This document shows positions 57,920 through 64,000 of a stretch of DNA of 64,000 nt, in pieces; within the stretch, counting starts at the first letter, position 1, and the number at the start of each line of letters is the position of its first letter. The notes beneath the pieces are model-generated. The model did not search any database and was not told the origin of the DNA. It was given only the letters and a program-made list of their open reading frames with translations. The stretch lies in assembly GCA_965662895.1 (NCBI GenBank), contig CBFIJH010000002.1, forward strand, positions 148,125 through 212,124, in the 5' to 3' direction. The position numbers were made by a program, and so were the translations under genes. Source of the stretch: Candidatus Poseidoniaceae archaeon. GTDB taxonomy: Archaea; Thermoplasmatota; Poseidoniia; Poseidoniales; Poseidoniaceae.

Positions 57920-58467
57920 TTGAATCAGCGACATTTCATGTCATAACGACTGAACTTGTTGTCGGATCGTTTGCACTTGCCGGGTTGTGCTTTGTGGCCC
58001 ATTCAGTCCTTTTGATGCGAAGTAAAAAGCGTCAATTCATGGCGATGATGGACTCCACTGCGCATATCGCTTTGTCCTTTGGACTTCTTGCGCTACCTTT
58101 TGCAATACTTTCCGGGCTTGGTTCTTCACCAAGTGGGGCTCATACATCACCTCTCCTCGCAAACAAAATGCTCCTTTCGACTGCAGGAGGAGGACTTGCT
58201 CTGGGCGTATTGTTCGTGCGTTGGAGGATGGGTGATGACGCAACACCCCGACACCTCCACAATGCCTTCGGTTCCATTTCAACAGGTTGCATGCTCCTAA
58301 CAGCATCCCTCGGAGGATCCTATTCGAGAGCCGATTCACTCACTGAATTCCTACCGTTTGTGAAAGAGAACACGCTCTTGCTTCCAACATGGATGAGCAT
58401 TTCTGTCATCGTCGTCGTTCTTGCAGCACTCATCGTGCGGCAAACATCAACCGTAAAGCATGGATGA
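57916..58467 (+). CDS. 5-TM His-containing membrane protein (DUF2231-like)
   Basis: FHVITTELVVG, TAHIAL..G, AILSG, LLTASLGG; TTGA overlap with SD GGGGGAG. Confidence 0.6.
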   Translation: MIESATFHVITTELVVGSFALAGLCFVAHSVLLMRSKKRQFMAMMDSTAHIALSFGLLALPFAILSGLGSSPSGAHTSPLLANKMLLSTAGGGLALGVLFVRWRMGDDATPRHLHNAFGSISTGCMLLTASLGGSYSRADSLTEFLPFVKENTLLLPTWMSISVIVVVLAALIVRQTSTVKHG

Positions 58468-59244
58468 TGGAGATGGGGCTTCCGATGGGGCAGCTTGGCT
58501 TAGAAGTGATTTCAATTGTTCTTCGAGAAGTTGAGCCTCTTCAAGCAATGGTTGGTCATCAAGATGCGTTGTTGGTAGAATGGCATTGAGTTTCTTGACC
58601 AATGCAGCAGCAGCTCGCGCATCCGGAAACCGGGGGTCAGCCTCAACCATCACACTCATGACATCGATGGCTCTCCTTCGGGCTTCACTTAGTAAAACGC
58701 CGTTAATGCCGCGAATGACGCCACTTGACAAAAGAGGCATGTCCATTTTCTTGAGCATATCACAAACATGGTCTGTTGCACCAATGCCGAGCAAATCAAT
58801 TCCTTCCGTATCCTCATAATCGACAGTAGGTTCTTCAATTCCTGAATTACCACCAAGCCCTTCTTTGGAAAAGGCATCGACTAAGATCCCCATACGAATT
58901 TTCGAACCTTTTGACCAATCGTACAATGCCCAAACGATATCGTGGACAAGCGGGCTTGGAATCACAAGCTCACTCATGAGCAGGATAATTTTGTCACATC
59001 CTTCAATGCTGCACTCAGGCTTCCCTGCGTAAGCCCGGATGATTGGCATTGGTTTCCCATCGGTCACCAAGGTAAGCGGCGGGAGACGGGAGTCTACAAC
59101 TCCCCCGACAAATTCGAGACCCAGATTATCGATCAAGTAATGACCAACAACGCTTGACACCATTCCAACACTCGGGAAGCAGGTGATAACAAGCGCACCC
59201 TCTGTAACAACGTCGGCTCGAATTTTGACAAGTGTCCCTTCCAT
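58447..59244 (-). CDS. Proteasome assembly chaperone PAC2 / PbaA-like
   Basis: FPSVGMVSSVVGHYLID.L, GVIRGINGVLL, FPDARAAAAL, LLEEAQLLEEQL, C-terminal HbYX MLYG. Confidence 0.88.
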   Translation of the reverse strand: MEGTLVKIRADVVTEGALVITCFPSVGMVSSVVGHYLIDNLGLEFVGGVVDSRLPPLTLVTDGKPMPIIRAYAGKPECSIEGCDKIILLMSELVIPSPLVHDIVWALYDWSKGSKIRMGILVDAFSKEGLGGNSGIEEPTVDYEDTEGIDLLGIGATDHVCDMLKKMDMPLLSSGVIRGINGVLLSEARRRAIDVMSVMVEADPRFPDARAAAALVKKLNAILPTTHLDDQPLLEEAQLLEEQLKSLLSQAAPSEAPSPSSMLYG

Positions 59245-59324
59245 GAACACAACTCTGCAAGGAGGCATTCAACACTTTCGCCTTCAAGCGCAGGTTTCAT
59301 GTCCATTGAGGACCGCCGTGGTTC

Positions 59325-60479
59325 ATGGTCGAACAACGCAACCACAGTCTTTCACCTTCTGCGTGGAATCGATACGAGACATGCCCTCGAATGTACTGGC
59401 TTAGCCGACAAGGCTTGCCCAAAAAAACAGGCATGGCAGCATCACTGGGTACTGCAGTTCACGCATCAATTGAAGATTTGTTGCAAATCGATCTTGCCGG
59501 TCGCGAACCTGCAGAATCAAACTGGATTCTTGGGGAAGCAGACGCATTGCTGCGAAAACGATGGGAAGAAGAAAAACAAATTTTTCATGAGACGCCGCGC
59601 CATCCTAACTGGAAAGAGGACAAATACAGAGAAGCCCAAAAACAACAAAAAGGAGCCATCAATATGCTTCTTGATCACGTTGGCGTACAGGGCTTGTCGC
59701 ATGAAAGAATCACCATCGCATTGTGGAAGAAAATACAATCTCTTGTTATTGCAGTTGAAGGCGAGTTGGTTACACAAGATGGCCGCCTAATGGGGCGTTT
59801 GGACCTCCTGCTCGCGAGTGTTGACGATTCTGGAAACCTTACCGGCTGGCTGGTTGCTGATTTGAAAACAGGAAAACCACCCCAAGGTAAACTCAAGCCA
59901 GAGGTTAATCGACAATTACGAATGTATCGAGATATTCTATTGTCAAACAATGAAAGAGCCCCTCCTGTCCATGCTCAAGGATGGTATACAGACACATCTT
60001 CGAAATGGGATGCAATCGGAGACAACGTTCTCGAAGCGGCCTACGAGGCATGGAATGCAACGCAACCCACTGATACGCCACTCGAGCCAACGCCGGGTCA
60101 GTCTTCCTGTGGAGGGTTTTGCGATTGGAAAGCATGGTGTCCGCATTGGTGGAACTGGCGACACGAAAACAAGTCCCTTCACAAGGGTGATTTTGCAGAT
60201 GGGGTTGTCCTTTTGCAGCAATACGATGAACAGCGTTCAACAGCGATTGTCGAAGAATGTATACCTGCCAATAAATCGGGCGGTGTTAAGCCAACAGGAC
60301 ATACTCGTCATGTAACGTTCGATGGAAGAGGAAAGGAAGCACTTGAAGCATTGTTGGACGAAGGCCATCAAGGACCAATCTTTCTTGGAAGTGCGATGAT
60401 GAATCGAGAAACTTGGCGCGTGGGGCCTTGGTGCGATGTGTTACCTTGGGCGCCTATTCTTGATTCAGATACGTTTTGA
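59325..60479 (+). CDS. PD-(D/E)XK nuclease (RecB/Cas4/AddB-like), probable Fe-S cluster
   Basis: LSPSAWNRYETCPR, LGTAVH, GRLDLL, DLKTG, QLRMY, CGGFCDWKAWC. Confidence 0.85.
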   Translation: MVEQRNHSLSPSAWNRYETCPRMYWLSRQGLPKKTGMAASLGTAVHASIEDLLQIDLAGREPAESNWILGEADALLRKRWEEEKQIFHETPRHPNWKEDKYREAQKQQKGAINMLLDHVGVQGLSHERITIALWKKIQSLVIAVEGELVTQDGRLMGRLDLLLASVDDSGNLTGWLVADLKTGKPPQGKLKPEVNRQLRMYRDILLSNNERAPPVHAQGWYTDTSSKWDAIGDNVLEAAYEAWNATQPTDTPLEPTPGQSSCGGFCDWKAWCPHWWNWRHENKSLHKGDFADGVVLLQQYDEQRSTAIVEECIPANKSGGVKPTGHTRHVTFDGRGKEALEALLDEGHQGPIFLGSAMMNRETWRVGPWCDVLPWAPILDSDTF

Positions 60480-61269
60480 TTTCTTCAATTGCACCTTCAT
60501 CTTCAATACCATTTGGAGAGAGGAGCCACTGTATGTAGCGAGGATCGATCTCGATTAATTCCTCAAGGTGCCGCCCTCGATGGCGTCCAACTGCAAGAAC
60601 CATATGTTTGCCATCTCGGCGTACCATTCCATTCGGGTCAACGACTTCCAAGTCATCGAGTTGTGGGCCAAGGTCGGATTGAATGGTTGCTGTTGAACCT
60701 GTCGCACACCACTGTTCAACTTCTTTCAATGATTTACGAAAGTAACTGGGATGATCAAGCCCTAATTTCCACATGAGAAGCAGGGACGCAGCAGCATCAG
60801 CGGATGCGGTGTGGGCGTTTTCGAGGGAAATTCCATGGCGATTGCATTGCGCTCCAAGGCGGTGAGGTCGAGGCAATTTGAGTCGGCGAACCATTTCCAA
60901 TGTGTCGAGAACGGCTTTCGGTTCTGGAGGTAAAGCGCCGATTCGTAAGAATTCATTTCGCAACATCGCCAGGTCAAACTGCCGAACATTGTGACCGATG
61001 AGGACACAACCTTCGATCAACTGTGCAACATCATCTGCGATTTGTGAAAAATCGGGTTGGCCACGAACGTCTTCGTCAGATATCCCATGAATCCGTTGTG
61101 AGTCGTAGGGAATGGGGCGTCGCGGATTGACCAGTTGGTCGTAGGAAATTTCTGAACCATCCACATCAGAACCGATCAGGGCCAATTGGACGATACGGTC
61201 TCGAGAGGTACTGATACCTGTTGTTTCCAAATCGAAAGCGAGGACACGTTCGCCTTCGAGTAGTTCCAT
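60454..61269 (-). CDS. DEDDh 3'-5' exonuclease (DnaQ-like)
   Basis: AFDLETTG, IHGISDE, GHNVRQFD, AHTASADA; C-terminal GRHRG...DPRYIQWLL (exodeoxyribonuclease X-like tail). Confidence 0.9.
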   Translation of the reverse strand: MELLEGERVLAFDLETTGISTSRDRIVQLALIGSDVDGSEISYDQLVNPRRPIPYDSQRIHGISDEDVRGQPDFSQIADDVAQLIEGCVLIGHNVRQFDLAMLRNEFLRIGALPPEPKAVLDTLEMVRRLKLPRPHRLGAQCNRHGISLENAHTASADAAASLLLMWKLGLDHPSYFRKSLKEVEQWCATGSTATIQSDLGPQLDDLEVVDPNGMVRRDGKHMVLAVGRHRGRHLEELIEIDPRYIQWLLSPNGIEDEGAIEEIKTYLNQE

Positions 61270-61356
61270 GAGAACACCCAACCAGATGCGATTCAAGAAC
61301 TATCGCCTCATTCATGCAGTCAAGAAAAATGATTCACGCAAATTAATGAAGCCCCC

Positions 61357-61752
61357 ATGACAGCGGATAGTATGGGCTTTTTCCGACGTTTTTTTTCGAA
61401 GCGCTCACCAACGGTTGAGTTGGAAGACACTTCAGAGGATCGGGTGCTTTCCAAACTCAAAGAACAATATCAACGGGATATCGAACAAGATGTCTCAACG
61501 ATTGAATCGATTTTGGAATCTGATGATGAGCAACCCGAACTCGTTGAAGCCCTACCTGCGCCGGACTACGATGAAAACGATGCCTCTGTAGAGGACGTGT
61601 TTCTTGACACAGAAATGGAGAACTATTCAGAAAAAAACGTTGTTGAGCATCAATCGGTTGAAGACCTTGGAAATCACTTGAAATCTGCAAGAGTTGTTGG
61701 TGACGTTCCATCAGAGGTTTCCTTTGATTCGACGGATTCGAATCATTCTTGA
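61357..61752 (+). CDS. Hypothetical acidic protein
   Basis: MGFFRRFF amphipathic N-terminus followed by D/E-rich sequence. Confidence 0.6.
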   Translation: MTADSMGFFRRFFSKRSPTVELEDTSEDRVLSKLKEQYQRDIEQDVSTIESILESDDEQPELVEALPAPDYDENDASVEDVFLDTEMENYSEKNVVEHQSVEDLGNHLKSARVVGDVPSEVSFDSTDSNHS

Positions 61753-61815
61753 ATTCCTAAAAATAGGCGCAGTAGAACAACATGGTTAGATATATGACAA
61801 GAATGTGGTGAGGTC

Positions 61816-62991
61816 ATGCAAGAGAAATCCCTGCGACTACGAGGATTGTTTCTCGTTGCTGTTCTCTTGGCCGTATCGCTTGCAGGATGCCTTGAGGCTC
61901 TTGACACGACGACAAAACCTCGAGCAACACTTGATGCCTATCCGCTCCTCATTCAAGAAGGCGAGATGGTTACCTTTGATGCACGTGAATCCGACGCAAT
62001 TGAAGGAATCATTACAGCGTATCGTTGGGATTTTGGCGATGGTGAGAAGTCGGAAACGGTGACCGGCTTTACCTCACACATCTACGATGTTTTTGGGGTT
62101 TATACAATCTCCCTTGAAGTTGAAAACGACCAAGGAGGTATTGACGAAGCATTCACGATTGTTACAGTTAATGGAGTTCCAACAATCGAACTCAATTACC
62201 CAGAAAACCCTCGAGCAGGCGATGCGGTACTCCTCGATGCGTCTTCCTCGAGCGATCCTGAATCCGCTGAACTACAGTATCGATGGGATTTGGACTGGGG
62301 TGTCGATTCGGACGGTGATGGAGATGGTAGGAATGATGTCGATTCCACTGAACCACAAACCCTTCTCATGACCAACATGAGCGGTATCTACACTGGGTCA
62401 TTGACGATTGATGATGGGCAGGGAGGAATTGTAACCGAGGTGTTTGAAATCAATGTATCAGCTCGACAATTCAATATCCAGTGGAAAGAACGCACTCTTG
62501 AACGAACATGGTCTGAATATCTCGATGAAGGTGATGAGTGGACGGAAGAAATTCTTCCTGGCCAGCAAGGGAGAATTCTCTCTTTTGAGGCAATTTTGGA
62601 ACTTGAGGATGATGTTATCCAACCATACGACAATTTCTCGCTCATTGTTTCAATTCCAGACGATGGATTCAACGAAGAGGCCGAAACTGAGGGGGGGAAC
62701 ATTACCCAATCAGAGAATGCAGAAGCGACGATTACGGCGAACAACCTGAACTCGAAGGGTCTTGACGAGGTTGTTGAAGCTGATTCCGAAGAGGTTGTGA
62801 TGCGGATGCTTCTTGACCAGCCCGGTCAGAATTTTGGGCAAAATTCGTGGTTATTGTTTGTACGTGCACTGCAAACAAATCCTGACTCAACGGTCGAATT
62901 TCTACCAGACCCTGATCCCGGCAACGACTGGACCTTAACGCTCCGAATCGTGATCCATGAACCGATCATTACCGAAATTTCATTTGAGTGA
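61816..62991 (+). CDS. PKD-domain lipoprotein
   Basis: Lipobox LAGC; YRWDFGDG; second PKD (LDASSSSDP..YRWD) with DSDGDGD loop. Confidence 0.85.
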   Translation: MQEKSLRLRGLFLVAVLLAVSLAGCLEALDTTTKPRATLDAYPLLIQEGEMVTFDARESDAIEGIITAYRWDFGDGEKSETVTGFTSHIYDVFGVYTISLEVENDQGGIDEAFTIVTVNGVPTIELNYPENPRAGDAVLLDASSSSDPESAELQYRWDLDWGVDSDGDGDGRNDVDSTEPQTLLMTNMSGIYTGSLTIDDGQGGIVTEVFEINVSARQFNIQWKERTLERTWSEYLDEGDEWTEEILPGQQGRILSFEAILELEDDVIQPYDNFSLIVSIPDDGFNEEAETEGGNITQSENAEATITANNLNSKGLDEVVEADSEEVVMRMLLDQPGQNFGQNSWLLFVRALQTNPDSTVEFLPDPDPGNDWTLTLRIVIHEPIITEISFE

Positions 62992-63041
62992 GACACGACG
63001 AAAAGGGTTTCAATGGCCGATGCTTGGAAGGGTTGAGTGGC

Positions 63042-63395
63042 ATGGTTGAATCAGTCGAAATCAGTCGGGTCAATATTCGGGACACCCTTTCTCTGGATCT
63101 TTCTGTTTGGATGAATCATCCAGACGATATGGATTTCAGGCCAACACTTTCCTGCAAAGGCAAAACCTTCACCATTTCATCAATTACCACTGGAGAAGAA
63201 CTTGCGAGTGTCGAACTGGACGATGAACAAATGCAAGCCCTTGAAACGTCCCTTACTGCTGAGTTGCGGGTTAAATTCCAAGTTCATGGCATGCATGGAC
63301 GTTTGAACAAAATCGCACCAATTATCGCTGATGGTAAGGCAAAGAAACTTGCAACAGCAAATTGGAAGACCACACAACCTGTCAAAATGGAATAG
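63042..63395 (+). CDS. Hypothetical protein
   Basis: 117-aa ORF from MVESVE; no recognised motif. Confidence 0.65.
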   Translation: MVESVEISRVNIRDTLSLDLSVWMNHPDDMDFRPTLSCKGKTFTISSITTGEELASVELDDEQMQALETSLTAELRVKFQVHGMHGRLNKIAPIIADGKAKKLATANWKTTQPVKME

Positions 63396-63443
63396 GGGTT
63401 TCCCCCATTTCTTTGATAAGTGTAAACGTAAACATTTGCGTTT

Positions 63444-63731
63444 ATGTCTCCGAGAAGACTGGGCAAGGGTTCCCAGAAAAAGGCACGCTTTGAACGATTA
63501 AAAGAAGAAATCATGCGATTTGTTACCGCAAACCCCGGGTGTTCTGCACAATCAATTGTGGCAAGTCTTGCCCACGATCGAACGATGCGCAATCACGGAC
63601 TTACGCCACGCAAAGTGGGTTTCTTCATTCCAAGACACCTCGCTGACCGGCTGACATGGTGGCAAGACCATCGCGCAGGTCGTAGGGTCTACGGGTGCTT
63701 AGAATCTAAGGAAACTGACGCAAATTCATAG
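63444..63731 (+). CDS. Small basic winged-helix-like protein
   Basis: EIMRFVTANPGCSAQSIV...LTPRKVGFFI...RRVY pattern; K/R-rich. Confidence 0.6.
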   Translation: MSPRRLGKGSQKKARFERLKEEIMRFVTANPGCSAQSIVASLAHDRTMRNHGLTPRKVGFFIPRHLADRLTWWQDHRAGRRVYGCLESKETDANS

Positions 63732-63786
63732 AAAAATGGAATTCAATTCCGACGCCCGAGATTCGGGATGGCTGTGAAAAAAACAA

Positions 63787-64000
63787 TCACTCGGTAGCGG
63801 CTGCTGCCTTGGCTTCACGCTTCTTACGATTCTGACGCTTCTTTATGTACGGATAAATTGGCCATTTTGCCAACCCTGTCCACATGACGAGGAAAACAAA
63901 GGTTGTTGAGACGAATTTATCGATTTCTGCAGACCAAAGGGTGGTCACACCAAACATTTCTTGGTGGTAATAGGCGATTCGTGCGTGGTACACGACCAAA
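63787..64000 (-). CDS. Membrane protein, 5' part outside the window
   Basis: Open frame to the window edge; TM followed by basic tail KKRQNRKKR. Confidence 0.6.
   Translation of the reverse strand, partial: LVVYHARIAYYHQEMFGVTTLWSAEIDKFVSTTFVFLVMWTGLAKWPIYPYIKKRQNRKKREAKAAAATE

Noticed and set aside
59325-60479. CRISPR adaptation Cas4
   Set aside because: No cas1/cas2 or array in the window; the protein is longer than Cas4 and sits among housekeeping genes.

Overview
Gene-dense (~50 CDS, 3 tRNAs) archaeal chromosomal window. Thermosome, rpl18e-rpl13-rps9-rpoN-tRNA-Pro, a PAC2 proteasome chaperone and a PGF-CTERM anchor make it archaeal. Bacterial-type purH/eno/ligA and many giant secreted acidic proteins suggest Marine Group II (Poseidoniales, Thermoplasmatota); this taxon call is an inference. 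I found no CRISPR array, rRNA, transposase or integrase. Best candidates for undescribed systems: (1) a putative phosphorus-economy module at 19.4-23.1 kb, where a PlcP-type metallophosphoesterase + glycosyltransferase operon converges on a tandem thymidylate-kinase-like pair resembling heteromeric PPK3, and both operons share an upstream TCTCAATAGA motif; (2) a locus at 34.4-44.3 kb with a ~280-nt structured leader, a secreted (QG)18/DHDNDG-repeat protein, a strong terminator hairpin and a 2645-aa membrane-anchored partner carrying the same repeat and the same promoter-like 14-mer; (3) a three-gene Reeler-like CxCH/CxxxCH + His-rich membrane protein operon; (4) an HmuY-like surface protein between a fasciclin-cupredoxin and a PQQ-type dehydrogenase. 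All family calls come from motifs read by eye; no database search was run.
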